A stretch of 53,948 bases of DNA, taken from contig PQAJ01000138.1 of the NCBI GenBank assembly GCA_003105185.1, positions 1 through 53,948 of the forward strand. Reading direction: 5' to 3'. Positions 9,317 through 20,509 of the stretch are shown piece after piece (positions within the stretch are counted from its first letter, which is position 1; every line of letters begins with the position of its first letter). Made by a program: the position numbers and the translations under genes. The notes under the pieces were generated by a model that was not told the DNA's origin, made no database searches, and saw only the letters and a list, made by a program, of their open reading frames with translations. The DNA is from Holophagae bacterium. Lineage in GTDB: Bacteria > Acidobacteriota > Thermoanaerobaculia > Thermoanaerobaculales > Sulfomarinibacteraceae.

Positions 9317-9684
9317 GGGTCGCTGGTTCCGGTCCGGCCGTAGCGGTCATCGAGCCGGACCACGTCATCGAGCTCGGGTGTCGAAACCTCCAGCAGGCGG
9401 CAGTCGGTGACCGCCGTCAGGCGATGGAGGGTGGCCGGGGGCAGGTGGAACACCGCGCCGCCCTCAAGCCGATGCGTCACCAGCCGATCGGGACCGTCAC
9501 CCGCGGCGAGTTCGACCACGCCGTCGAGGACCCGCAGCGTCTCCTCCTTACGGCGGTGGTATTGGAGGCTGAGCGCCTCGCCGGCCTTGATGCACAGGAT
9601 CTTGCCGACGTAGCGGTCGGTGTGGGCGAAGATCTCCTCGTGCCCCCACGGCTTGTCCACGAAACGAACAGCCACGCTCCCCAT
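9313..9684 (-). CDS. cupin domain protein (phosphomannose-isomerase type II C-terminal-like)
   Basis: WGHEEIFAHTDRYVGKILCIKAGEALSLQYHRRKEETLRVLDG matches the cupin QYH..K.E pattern. Start trimmed to ATG 9684 so it does not overlap ptsI. Confidence 0.7.
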   Translation of the reverse strand: MGSVAVRFVDKPWGHEEIFAHTDRYVGKILCIKAGEALSLQYHRRKEETLRVLDGVVELAAGDGPDRLVTHRLEGGAVFHLPPATLHRLTAVTDCRLLEVSTPELDDVVRLDDRYGRTGTSDP

Positions 9685-9694
9685 CGACTCAACC

Positions 9695-11461
9695 CTACAC
9701 CCGAATCTTGGTCTTCGCGAGCACGATGGCAAGCCGCTCGAGCAGGAACTCCTCGACCTCGCGCGAGGTCACCATCCCCAACGCCTGCCGCGCCATCTGC
9801 ACCGAATCCCGGTACGACAGCTGCCGGATCAACGCGCGCACCACCGGCACGGCCTGCGGGTTCATGCTGAAGCTCCGCAGCCCGAGCCCGACGAGCAGCG
9901 GCACCATCAGGGGGTCCGCGGCCATCTCGCCGCAGATCGTCACCGGAACGCCGGCCGCGTCCCCCGCCGCGCGCACGCCGGCGATCATCCGCAGCACCGC
10001 CGGGCTGGTCGGCCGGTAGAGATGCGCGACCTGCTCGTTGGACCGGTCGACGGCCAGCGAGTACTGAATCAGGTCGTTGGTTCCGATCGACAGGAAGTCG
10101 GTCTCGCGGGCGAGGTCCTCAGCCATGACAGCCGAGGACGGGACCTCGACCATGGCGCCGAGCGGAATCCCGTCCGGCGCACTGCGCCCTTCTTGCCGTA
10201 GCTCCGCGCACAGCCGGCGCACGAGCAGCCGGGCGACCCGGAACTCCTCGATGCCCGAGATCAACGGGAACATGATCCGGACGCGTCCGGTCGGGTACTC
10301 GCCCGCCACCCGCAGCAGCGCCCGCAGCTGGGTCCGAAAGAACTCCGGCTGGGAGAAGCACAGGCGGATGCCACGCAGCCCGAGCACCGGGTTGGCCTCG
10401 GTCGCGCCGATCACCTCACGCGCCAGCTTCTTGCCGCCGAGGTCGAAGGTGCGGATCGTGACCGGCCGTCCTTCCATGCGTTCCACGAGGTCGCGATAAA
10501 CCGCGAGGTGGTCCTCCTCCGAGGGCAGGTTGGGGCTCAGCTTCATGTACAGGAACTCGGAGCGGTAGAGGCCGATTCCGACCACGTTCCAGTCGACGGC
10601 GGTCTTCACCTCGTCGGTCAGGTCGATATTGGCCATCAACTCCATCGGCTGGCCGTCGCGGGTGACGGTCGGCAGCGTGCGCATCTGCAGCAGCTGCGCC
10701 TGCTGCTCCCGGTGCTCGCGCTGCCGTGACTGGAACTCGCTGATTTCAGCAGGGTTCGGATCGAACACGATCCGCCCCTCGAAGGCATCGAGCGCGACCT
10801 CCTGCGCGTGCTGCGCGAGCTGGCAGACGCCGTGGGCGCCGACCACCACCGGGATCCCCAGCGAGCGCGCGATGATCGTCGTGTGCGCCGTCGGCCCGCC
10901 CATCTCGAGCACGAAGCCGAGCACCTTGTCGAGCGGGAGCTGCACCGTCGTCGACGGCGACAGGTCGCTCGCCACCAGGATCACCGGGTGGTCGAGCGCC
11001 CGGAGCTCGCCCAGGTCGAAGCCGTGGAGCGCCTTGAGAATCTGGGTGGCGACGTCGAGCACGTCGAGCTTGCGGTCGGCGAGGTGGGCGTCGGGCAGGG
11101 CCTCGAAGCGCTTGACGAAGTTGGCCACCACCGAGTCGAGCGCCCACTCCGCGTTCACCTGCTGCGAGCGGATGATGTCCTCGACCGGCTCGAGGAAGGT
11201 CGGATCCGAGGCGATCAACTGGTGGGCCTCGAAGATGCCGGCGTACTCCGCCCCCATCTGCCGCGTCGCCCGCTGCTGGTTCTCTCGCATGCCCTCGACG
11301 GCGGTCGCAACCGCGTCGCGGAAGCGCGCGACCTCGGCCTCGACCTCGGCGAGCGGTAGGCCGATGCGGACCGTGGAGATCGGCAGGCTTTCGTGGATCA
11401 CCGGCTTGCCGATGGCGATCCCGGGGCTGACGCCCATGCCCGACAGCGAGGTGTGGCTCAT
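9695..11461 (-). CDS. ptsI: phosphoenolpyruvate-protein phosphotransferase (PTS enzyme I, no GAF domain)
   Basis: 588 aa with the active-site region GGPTAHTTIIARSLGIPVVVG and the C-terminal PEP-utilising motif SIGTNDLIQYSLAVDR. Confidence 0.95.
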   Translation of the reverse strand: MSHTSLSGMGVSPGIAIGKPVIHESLPISTVRIGLPLAEVEAEVARFRDAVATAVEGMRENQQRATRQMGAEYAGIFEAHQLIASDPTFLEPVEDIIRSQQVNAEWALDSVVANFVKRFEALPDAHLADRKLDVLDVATQILKALHGFDLGELRALDHPVILVASDLSPSTTVQLPLDKVLGFVLEMGGPTAHTTIIARSLGIPVVVGAHGVCQLAQHAQEVALDAFEGRIVFDPNPAEISEFQSRQREHREQQAQLLQMRTLPTVTRDGQPMELMANIDLTDEVKTAVDWNVVGIGLYRSEFLYMKLSPNLPSEEDHLAVYRDLVERMEGRPVTIRTFDLGGKKLAREVIGATEANPVLGLRGIRLCFSQPEFFRTQLRALLRVAGEYPTGRVRIMFPLISGIEEFRVARLLVRRLCAELRQEGRSAPDGIPLGAMVEVPSSAVMAEDLARETDFLSIGTNDLIQYSLAVDRSNEQVAHLYRPTSPAVLRMIAGVRAAGDAAGVPVTICGEMAADPLMVPLLVGLGLRSFSMNPQAVPVVRALIRQLSYRDSVQMARQALGMVTSREVEEFLLERLAIVLAKTKIRV

Positions 11462-11751
11462 TCCCCTTCCCCGAACCGGTCCGCGAACAGCGCGACCACC
11501 GCCCTCACCGCCTCCTCCTCGTCCTCTCCCTCTGCGCGCACCATCAGCGGCGTGCCCTTGGTCGCCGCGAGAGTGAGCAGCCCGAGAATCGATTTCGCGT
11601 TCACTTCTTCCTCGCCGGTGCCCACATAGACCTGGGATCGAAAACCGTTCGCCGTGTGCACGAGCTTGGCCGCGGCGCGGGCGTGGAGCCCGAGTCGGTT
11701 GATGATCTCCACCTGCTGCTGCGTCATGCCATCAGACTCCTGCACGGTCAA
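11458..11751 (-). CDS. ptsH: phosphocarrier protein HPr
   Basis: His-15 region INRLGLHARAAAKLV and Ser-46 region VNAKSILGLLTL. An alternative start at 11727 (MTQQQV) is possible. Confidence 0.9.
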   Translation of the reverse strand: MTVQESDGMTQQQVEIINRLGLHARAAAKLVHTANGFRSQVYVGTGEEEVNAKSILGLLTLAATKGTPLMVRAEGEDEEEAVRAVVALFADRFGEGE

Positions 11752-11809
11752 CTGGTCGACCGCGTGACCCGGGTGGCCGTGCGGTTCTCGTCATTGTAGC
11801 GGGTGAGCG

Positions 11810-12232
11810 TCAGCCGGCGCGAAAGTTCTTCGATCGCAGGAACTCGCTGGCGACGCGGATGCTCTTCTGTGCAGCGGCCGTGAGCCGCAGGGCGATTTCG
11901 CCAAGCGGCAGCTCCTGGCCGCGCAGCGAGCCCAGCTTCACGAGCATGGGGAGGTTCACCCCGGTCACGATCTCGACCCGATTCGGGTCGAGAAACGGCA
12001 GGGCCACGTTGGTCGCCGTCCCCCCGAACATGTCGGTCAGGATGAGCACGCCCTCGCCCTTGTCCAGGTCGCGCAGCCGTTGCTTCAGCGACCCGCTCGC
12101 CGAGTCCGAGTCCACGTCCCACGGCAGTGCGAGGGCCTCGGTCCGGTCCGCGAGCTGCGGGTCGATGGTCCGCGCGGCGTCGAGGAGGGCGACCGCGAGA
12201 TCACCGTGGGTCAGCACCAACACCGGGATCAT
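11810..12232 (-). CDS. PTS EIIA component, mannose family
   Basis: ORF trimmed to ATG 12232. MIPVLVLTHGDLAVALLDAA...GVLILTDMFGGTATNVA...VTGVNLPMLV is the EIIA(Man) pattern. Confidence 0.85.
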   Translation of the reverse strand: MIPVLVLTHGDLAVALLDAARTIDPQLADRTEALALPWDVDSDSASGSLKQRLRDLDKGEGVLILTDMFGGTATNVALPFLDPNRVEIVTGVNLPMLVKLGSLRGQELPLGEIALRLTAAAQKSIRVASEFLRSKNFRAG

Positions 12233-12234
12233 GT

Positions 12235-13101
12235 CTACCTCCACCGGTCCCTGTCGCGGTGGTGGACGACGACATCGTAACCAGCCTCGCGGACCGCCGC
12301 GGCGACCCGTTGCGCCACGAACACCGAGCGGTGCCGGCCGCCGGTGCACCCCACCGCGATGGTGACCTCGGCCTTCAGCTCGTGGGCGTAGCGAGGCAGC
12401 AGGTAGAGTAGCAGGTCCACCAGCCGTCCGATCGCCTCGCCAACCTCCGGGAATCGACCGAACCACTCGACCACCGCATCGTCGTCGCCGGCCAGCGAGC
12501 GGAGCTCGTCCTGGAAGTAGGGGTTGGGGAGAAAGCGAACGTCGAACACGACGCTGGCAGTGACCGGCGCGCCCTGGAGGTAGGAGAAGCTCTGGACCGC
12601 CACGACCATCTTTTGCGTGGTGTCGGTCGAGCCGGCGAGTGAGAGGATCTGCCGCTTGAGGTCGTGCGGGGTGAGTTGGCTGGTGTCGATGATCAAGTCG
12701 GCGAGCTCCCGGACCGGCATCAGCGAGGCCCGTTCGTCCGCGATCGCCTGCTCGAGGCTGCGGTCACGCAGGGGATGCGGCCGGCGCGCGATCGAAAAGC
12801 GCCGCATCAGCACGATCGGGGTCGCCTCCACGAAGACCACCCGCAGCGCGCTGCAGACCTCTGACAGCTCGCGGAGGATCTCGGCGAACTTCTCGGTCAA
12901 GCCGCGCGTCCGCACGTCGACGACCACGACCAGCTTCTCGAGCTCCGCCTTCGACGTCGAGAACAGCTCCGGCACCAGTTCGAGCGGAATGTTGTCGACG
13001 CACACGTAGCCGAGGTCTTCGAGGCTGCGGCTGAGCACTGTCTTGCCGGAGCCCGACAGGCCGGTGATCACGAACGGTCCGCGGAACGGCTGTTCAGCCA
13101 T
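12235..13101 (-). CDS. rapZ: RNase adapter / nucleotide-binding protein RapZ (YvcJ/YhbJ)
   Basis: Walker A motif FVITGLSGSGKT, plus the C-terminal GCTGGRHRSV motif. Start trimmed to ATG 13101. Confidence 0.9.
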   Translation of the reverse strand: MAEQPFRGPFVITGLSGSGKTVLSRSLEDLGYVCVDNIPLELVPELFSTSKAELEKLVVVVDVRTRGLTEKFAEILRELSEVCSALRVVFVEATPIVLMRRFSIARRPHPLRDRSLEQAIADERASLMPVRELADLIIDTSQLTPHDLKRQILSLAGSTDTTQKMVVAVQSFSYLQGAPVTASVVFDVRFLPNPYFQDELRSLAGDDDAVVEWFGRFPEVGEAIGRLVDLLLYLLPRYAHELKAEVTIAVGCTGGRHRSVFVAQRVAAAVREAGYDVVVHHRDRDRWR

Positions 13102-14104
13102 CGCTGCCCTCGTCGGTGTCGATGCCGCGCCTGGCGGCGATATCGTTGATCGCCTCCAGGAAGTCACGCTCGTCTTGGATGCCGCGCTGGGCGAGCAGGC
13201 ACTTGCGGACGGCGGTCTCGACCATGATCGCGAGGTCCCTGCCAGGCGCGACCACCATCGTGTAGAGCGGAATCTCGATACCGAGGATCTCCTCCGTCGT
13301 CGGCCACGAGTGGGGGTTCTCCATCACCTGCTCGCGCCACTTCTGCTCGAGCTTCCGGGAGTCGGGCCCCAGCTTCACGAGCCGGATCACGAGAGAGACC
13401 GGGATCGAGGGCGAGGTCGCCGTCATGCCGAAGTGGTTGCGCAGATCGATGATTCCGACGCCGCGCAGCTCGAGGTAGTTCTCGAGCAGCTCGTGTGGCG
13501 ATCCCACCAGGCCATGCGCGTGGGTGCGCCGGATCACGACCAGATCGTCGGCCACCAGCCGGTGACCGCGGTAGACCAACTCGAGCGCGCACTCGCTCTT
13601 GCCGATGCCGGCGTCGCCGACGATCAGGGTGCCGAGCGAGAACACGTCGACCAGCACGCCGTGGAGCTGGACGCGGGGCGCCAACTCTTCCTCGAGGAAG
13701 GCGGAGAGCCCCCCGATCAGGTCCGAAGTCCGGATTGCCGACGCCAGAAACGGCACCTCGAGCTCGTCGGATCGCCGCAGCACCTCGTCGGACGGCCGCA
13801 GCCCCTTCGCGGAGACGATGCACGGCACCTCGAGCTCGACCAGCCGGATCAGCCGGGACGCCGCCTCGCCGGGATCCATGGTTGCCAGGTAGGCGTACTC
13901 CGACTCGCCAAGAATCTGGACCCGGCCGGGCTTGACGTACGGGAGGTAGCCAGCGAGGGCGAGCCCCGGCTTTTGGAGGCGGGGGTTGGTGACCCACCGT
14001 CGATCGAGGCCGGCTGCCCCGGCCGCGACCTCGAGATGCATCGCCCGCAGCCGCTCGTCCTCGAACAGCGTCCGCACCGAAATCGAGCGCGCGTTAGCGT
14101 TCAC
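13094..14104 (-). CDS. hprK: HPr kinase/phosphorylase
   Basis: GVLVDVFSLGTLIVGDAGIGKSECALELVYRGHRLVADD is the HprK P-loop and signature. 336 aa. Confidence 0.9.
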   Translation of the reverse strand: MNANARSISVRTLFEDERLRAMHLEVAAGAAGLDRRWVTNPRLQKPGLALAGYLPYVKPGRVQILGESEYAYLATMDPGEAASRLIRLVELEVPCIVSAKGLRPSDEVLRRSDELEVPFLASAIRTSDLIGGLSAFLEEELAPRVQLHGVLVDVFSLGTLIVGDAGIGKSECALELVYRGHRLVADDLVVIRRTHAHGLVGSPHELLENYLELRGVGIIDLRNHFGMTATSPSIPVSLVIRLVKLGPDSRKLEQKWREQVMENPHSWPTTEEILGIEIPLYTMVVAPGRDLAIMVETAVRKCLLAQRGIQDERDFLEAINDIAARRGIDTDEGSDG

Positions 14105-14565
14105 AGTCCCTCCGCGTCCGCCGCCCGGCGCAGCGCGGCGATCACCTCGTCCCGGTCGGGCGCCTCGAGCAGCGCTTGCCGCAGGTCCTCCCGCTTCAGG
14201 ACGCGGGCGATCTGGGACAAGATCTTGAGGTGCGCGGTCGGCTGCTCCGGGGGCGAGAACACTACGAACAGGAAGCGCACCGGGCTGTCGTCCGGAGCAC
14301 CGAAGTCAACCGGGCCGGCAAAGCGCACGAGCGACAGGTCGACGGTCGAGACGCCGTTGACCTTGCCGTGCGGGATGGCGAATCCCATACCCACCGCCGT
14401 CGAGCCGAGACGCTCGCGCGCAAGCAGCGCCGCGACCAACTGGGAGACATCGCTCTGCAGCCTCGGGGCGGCGGCAGTCGCAGCGGCGTGAAGCGCGTCC
14501 ATCACGTCTCGTGCGGCGACATCCAGCACGATGCGGTCGCGGTCCGCGAAGTCGCGGATGTTCAT
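14101..14565 (-). CDS. ptsN: PTS EIIA-Ntr (nitrogen regulatory IIA)
   Basis: GSTAVGMGFAIPHGK active-site His region. The gene sits between hpf and hprK. Confidence 0.85.
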   Translation of the reverse strand: MNIRDFADRDRIVLDVAARDVMDALHAAATAAAPRLQSDVSQLVAALLARERLGSTAVGMGFAIPHGKVNGVSTVDLSLVRFAGPVDFGAPDDSPVRFLFVVFSPPEQPTAHLKILSQIARVLKREDLRQALLEAPDRDEVIAALRRAADAEGL

Positions 14566-15104
14566 CAGGACTCGGGCGTGATCAGGCCGAGGTCATGGCC
14601 GGTCCGCCGGTAGAGAACGTTGATGGAATCGCTCGAGGAGTTTCGGAACACCAGGAAGTCGCTGCGCGACTTCTCGAGCTGCATTACCGCCTCCTCGACG
14701 CTCATCGGCTTCACGGTGATCGTGCTGCGCTCGACGATCCGCGCCTCGCCAGCCGGGGCGGGCTCGGGCTCGGCCTCGGGACCCTCGACCGGCACCTCGC
14801 CGCGGCCGGTGCGGCTCTTGTGGTGCTTGAGCTTGGTCTTGGCGCGCCGCGCCTGGATCTCGAGCTTGTCGACGGCGTCTTGAATGGCAGTGGTGAGGTC
14901 CTTGTTCTGGCTGGTCGACTTGATGTCGAAGTCCTTCCCCCGAACCAGCAGGTCGGCTACGAACAGATGGCGCTCCTGCTCGAGCTCGAGACGAACGTCG
15001 AGGATGTCGTTGAAGTACTTCTTGATCTTGGCCAGTTTCTTCTCGGCCACCTGGCGAGCGTCGTCACTCAGATCCACCTTGCGCGCGACGTACTCGATCT
15101 TCAT
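14565..15104 (-). CDS. hpf: ribosome hibernation promoting factor, long form
   Basis: The N-terminus MKIEYVARKVDLSDDARQVAEKKLAKIKKYF and C-terminal dimerisation domain (PMSVEEAVMQLE...FLVFRN) fit HPF. The position directly downstream of rpoN is canonical. Confidence 0.9.
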   Translation of the reverse strand: MKIEYVARKVDLSDDARQVAEKKLAKIKKYFNDILDVRLELEQERHLFVADLLVRGKDFDIKSTSQNKDLTTAIQDAVDKLEIQARRAKTKLKHHKSRTGRGEVPVEGPEAEPEPAPAGEARIVERSTITVKPMSVEEAVMQLEKSRSDFLVFRNSSSDSINVLYRRTGHDLGLITPES

Positions 15105-15119
15105 CGGTGTCCTCCCATA

Positions 15120-16691
<1,572 letters not shown>

Positions 16692-16744
16692 GGTTGTGAG
16701 AGCTCGAGATCACGGCACTGTCACTGTGAGGGCCGGCGACCGCC

Positions 16745-17479
16745 TCACAGACGGAATTCTTCTCCCAGGTAGATCCGCCGCACGTCCTCGTTGTCGGACA
16801 GCCCAACTGGATCCCCCGTAGCAAAAATCTTGCCGTCCTTGATTATATAGGCGCGGTCCGTGATCTTCAACGTCTCACGAACGTTGTGATCCGTGATTAA
16901 CACGCCTATTCCCAATGACTTGAGATGGCTAATGATGCGCTGTAGATCGATCACAGCGAGCGGGTCAATGCCGGCGAACGGCTCGTCGAGCAGGATGAAC
17001 GTGGGGTCGATGGCGAGCGACCGGGCGACCTCGAGTCGGCGTCTCTCGCCGCCGGACAGCGTCTCGGCACGCTGGTGGCGCAGGGCGCTCAGCCCGAAGT
17101 CTTCGAGAAGGCCGTCGATCCGGCGCTGCGCCTCGCCGGCATCGGTGCCGAGCGCCTCGAGCACCATCCAGATGTTGTCTTGGACGTCGAGTCGTCGAAA
17201 CGCGCTCGGTTCCTGCGCGAGGTAGGCCACGCCGGCGCGAGCCCGGCGGAACATCGGCCAGGAGGTGATGTCGTCCTCGCCGAGCATCACCCGGCCGCCG
17301 TCAGGCTCGACCAGGCCGACCATCATGTAGAAGCAGGTGGTCTTACCGGCGCCGTTCGGGCCGAGCAGACCGACGATCTCGCCGGGCGCTATGCTCAGCG
17401 AGACGCCATCCACCACCTTTCGCCCGCGGTAGGACTTGCGCAGACTGTCGGCGACAAGATCGAGAGCTTGCGGACTCAG
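16745..17479 (-). CDS. lptB: LPS export ABC transporter ATPase LptB (probable CTG start)
   Basis: Walker [13 protein letters not shown], signature LSGGERRR and C-terminal YLGEEFRL. Conserved N-terminal residues [15 protein letters not shown] lie upstream of the ORF-track GTG (17416). The only SD-preceded codon there is CTG 17479..17477. Confidence 0.85.
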   Translation of the reverse strand: MSPQALDLVADSLRKSYRGRKVVDGVSLSIAPGEIVGLLGPNGAGKTTCFYMMVGLVEPDGGRVMLGEDDITSWPMFRRARAGVAYLAQEPSAFRRLDVQDNIWMVLEALGTDAGEAQRRIDGLLEDFGLSALRHQRAETLSGGERRRLEVARSLAIDPTFILLDEPFAGIDPLAVIDLQRIISHLKSLGIGVLITDHNVRETLKITDRAYIIKDGKIFATGDPVGLSDNEDVRRIYLGEEFRL

Positions 17480-19422
17480 CGTCCCTCCTCCGGGTAGTAG
17501 ATGGTCTCGGTGCCGCCAGCGACGGTGACACTACCATCCGCCTGATTCCAGGTCAACGAAGAGCTCGACACTGCCGAACCGGTGGCATCCTCGAGGCGCA
17601 CCGGCGATCCGGTAGCGACCACTGTCCCCTGCTCCACGTCACGGATCGCGTGCTGCGCGGTCATGGTTCTTCCGGTGGCCAGCTCGCGCAGCTCGACGTC
17701 GCCGGTCGCCTCGACCTTCCGGATCTCGTCCTGCTCGTCGAACTCCGCGGCGAGCTCGGTCGCGGACAGCACGTTGTCCGGGTCGCTGTAACGGACGTCG
17801 CCCCTGAACACGGCGCGGCCCCCGAACCGCTCGTAGGTCAACGACCTGGCTGCGATCACGACCTCGCCAGCGGCCGCCTCGGAGCGGTCGACCTGACTCG
17901 AAGGAAAGGTCGCACGCACGTGTCCGGACGCTTCCACGACGCCCGCCTCCTCGCGGTAGGAGACATCGTCGGCGGTCAGCAGCCGCTTTCCCTGCCAGAG
18001 CCGCGCGCCGTCCCGCAGCCGGTAGCTCGCGCCGGACCCGGTCACCTCGAGCAGCTCCGCCGCAAAGTGAAGCGGCCCGGCGCCGTCACCGGTCTCGCTG
18101 CCGAGGATTGCGACCTCGCTGAGGGAACCCTGAACCTTGCCCCGCGCCTCCAGTCGGCCGTCGCGGTCGCTGATCTGAATCTGATCGCTGGTGATGTGCC
18201 CGCGCGGCGATGTCACCGACGCCCGCTCGAGGGCGGTCGGGTCGCCGTGGAGCATCGTGATCCCAGCGATCGATGAGAAGCGCGCCCGATAACCCGTCGC
18301 CTCGATGCCCTCGCCGCGGATCACCACCTGCTGCTCGAGCTGCATGTCAGTGGCGAGGCCGTCCTTGAACCACACCCGCGCGGCCGCCGCCTCTGCCGAC
18401 CTGGGATCTGCGTCGACCGGGATCTCGTCCAGGCAGACGCCGTCGTCAGCGCGCAGGTTGAGCGGGCCGTCCGGCGCGAGCACGCCGCGCAGGATGCGCG
18501 TCCGCAGCCTGCGCTCGAAGAACGCGTCACTGCCGCGCAAGACCACCGCCACCCAATCGCCGGTGGTCGAGGCGTCGATCTGCCAATTACCGTGGCCGTC
18601 GCGCTCCGCGACCACGGTCTCCGCCGCGAGCTCGCTGCCATCGCGGCCGCCGCCGCCGGGACCGCGAGCCTTGACCCCTCCCCGGAAGGTCACCCGCTGC
18701 GGCGGTCCTTCCGGCTCGGCCAGCTCCACGGTCGCGGAGGGGGCCATGATCCAGGCCTCCCCCTGGACGACCTTGCACCCGTGTGGGAACTCGATCGTGC
18801 CGCGTCCCCGCTGGTAGACGATCGTGTCAGCCTGCAGCGTGGTCCCACCCGAGGTCAGCAGCGCGCCGTCGGCGAGCACGAGCTGATCGTCATTCATCAG
18901 GTACATCGCCTGGCCGGCCTCGGCGACGGTGCCGCCGCTCATGAACACGACCTCGGAATCGGTGACGAACCGGCGGCTGCTCGCCTCGAAGTGGCCGCTC
19001 TGGGTGGTGACCGTGCCCCCGCTCGGGAAGCTGACGTGGATCGGGCCGCGCAGCTCTGCGTCGCGGGTCTCAACGTTGAAGCTCGCCGCCGCCGCCGTCA
19101 CCACCGGGCCGGCAACGCCGGCGTCGTAGAGCTGGAGCTGAACGCCCTCGATCTCATGCCAGCCCGACGACCGCCCCAGCGTCCGCAGCGAGCGCAGGGC
19201 GAAGATCGCCTTGCCGGCGATGCTCTCGACGTACTCGAAGCCGGTGTAGATGCCGACCGCGGGGTCGTCGACCTCGCCCTCGGCCACCGGCGGGGTTCGA
19301 TCCCCAGCCGGGCGCGCCATGCTGCGCGACCGCTGCACGCCGATGACGACCAGGGCCGCGATCGAGACCGCGATCAGTATCGCCGTGACGTAGCGGATCC
19401 ACTTGCGCGCGATCGCGCTCAT
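17476..19422 (-). CDS. membrane-anchored LptC/LptA (OstA-like) multi-repeat protein
   Basis: N-terminal TM helix ([22 protein letters not shown]), then repeated OstA-like beta segments (for example [27 protein letters not shown]...[11 protein letters not shown]). It occupies the lptC-lptA position immediately upstream of lptB-rpoN. Start trimmed to ATG 19422. Confidence 0.6.
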   Translation of the reverse strand: MSAIARKWIRYVTAILIAVSIAALVVIGVQRSRSMARPAGDRTPPVAEGEVDDPAVGIYTGFEYVESIAGKAIFALRSLRTLGRSSGWHEIEGVQLQLYDAGVAGPVVTAAAASFNVETRDAELRGPIHVSFPSGGTVTTQSGHFEASSRRFVTDSEVVFMSGGTVAEAGQAMYLMNDDQLVLADGALLTSGGTTLQADTIVYQRGRGTIEFPHGCKVVQGEAWIMAPSATVELAEPEGPPQRVTFRGGVKARGPGGGGRDGSELAAETVVAERDGHGNWQIDASTTGDWVAVVLRGSDAFFERRLRTRILRGVLAPDGPLNLRADDGVCLDEIPVDADPRSAEAAAARVWFKDGLATDMQLEQQVVIRGEGIEATGYRARFSSIAGITMLHGDPTALERASVTSPRGHITSDQIQISDRDGRLEARGKVQGSLSEVAILGSETGDGAGPLHFAAELLEVTGSGASYRLRDGARLWQGKRLLTADDVSYREEAGVVEASGHVRATFPSSQVDRSEAAAGEVVIAARSLTYERFGGRAVFRGDVRYSDPDNVLSATELAAEFDEQDEIRKVEATGDVELRELATGRTMTAQHAIRDVEQGTVVATGSPVRLEDATGSAVSSSSLTWNQADGSVTVAGGTETIYYPEEGR

Positions 19423-19503
19423 GCGGGCCTCAGGAGCAGCGGAATGCGGCACATGTCCCCAACGAGGGTACCGCACTCCCGGGCGGTGGAGCGCTGGCGC
19501 GGG

Positions 19504-20460
19504 CTAGCGGTCGGAGTAGACGCCCAGCGCGCGGTATTTCTTGTAGCGGCGGGCGAGCAGCGCATCGGCCTTCATCTTGCGCAGCTGCCGGAGGTGGCGC
19601 CGGATCGCAGCCCCGACGGTTTCCGCCGTCGCGCGCGGGTCCATGTGGGCCCCGCCATGAGGCTCGGGGAGGACCTCGTCCACCACCCCGAAGTGCTTGA
19701 GATCGCGCGCGGTCAGACGGAGGGACTTGGCCGCATCCTCGGCGCGGTTCTGGTCCTTCCACAGGATCGCGGCGCACCCCTCGGGTGAGATCACGGAGTA
19801 GATCGCGTGCTCGAGCATCAGCACCCGGTCCCCGATGCCGAGTGCGAGTGCGCCTCCCGATCCGCCTTCCCCGGTCACCACGACCACGATCGGCACCGGC
19901 AGCCGGGACATCTCGATCAGGTTGTCAGCGATCGCCTCCGCCTGGCCGCGCTCCTCGGCGTGGATGCCGGGGTAGGCGCCGGGGGTGTCGACGAAGGAGA
20001 CAATCGGCCGGCGGAAGCGCACGGCCAGCCGCATGATCCGCATCGCCTTCCGGTATCCCTCCGGTCGTGGCATGCCGAAGTTGCGCCGCAGCTTCTCGTT
20101 GGTGTCGCGCCCCTTCTGGTGCCCGACCACGGCCACCGGGTCGCCGTCGAACAAGGCGAACCCGGCGACGACCGCCGGGTCGTCGGCAAAGCGCCGGTCG
20201 CCGTGAAGCTGTGTGAACGAGGTGAAGATGGTGTCGATGTAGTCGAGGGTGTATGGGCGCTCGTGGTGACGCGCGATCTGGCACCGTTGCCATGGCGTCA
20301 GCGAGGAGAAGATCGAGTCGATGGTGGCGACCAGCTCGCGCCGTGCCTCGCGCAGCCGCGCGGCCGCCCGGCGGTCGACGGCCGCGGTCCCCTCCAGGCC
20401 AGCGATCTCGTCGCGCAGGCGTTCGATAGGCTCCAGGAAGAGAATGTTGCCGGATGCCAT
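19504..20460 (-). CDS. accA: acetyl-CoA carboxylase carboxyltransferase subunit alpha
   Basis: 318 aa. [35 protein letters not shown] and [13 protein letters not shown] are AccA hallmarks. Confidence 0.95.
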   Translation of the reverse strand: MASGNILFLEPIERLRDEIAGLEGTAAVDRRAAARLREARRELVATIDSIFSSLTPWQRCQIARHHERPYTLDYIDTIFTSFTQLHGDRRFADDPAVVAGFALFDGDPVAVVGHQKGRDTNEKLRRNFGMPRPEGYRKAMRIMRLAVRFRRPIVSFVDTPGAYPGIHAEERGQAEAIADNLIEMSRLPVPIVVVVTGEGGSGGALALGIGDRVLMLEHAIYSVISPEGCAAILWKDQNRAEDAAKSLRLTARDLKHFGVVDEVLPEPHGGAHMDPRATAETVGAAIRRHLRQLRKMKADALLARRYKKYRALGVYSDR

Positions 20461-20509
20461 GGGCCGAGACTCTAGCAGAGGCCCGGATCGACGGTCAATC
20501 GAGTGCGGC

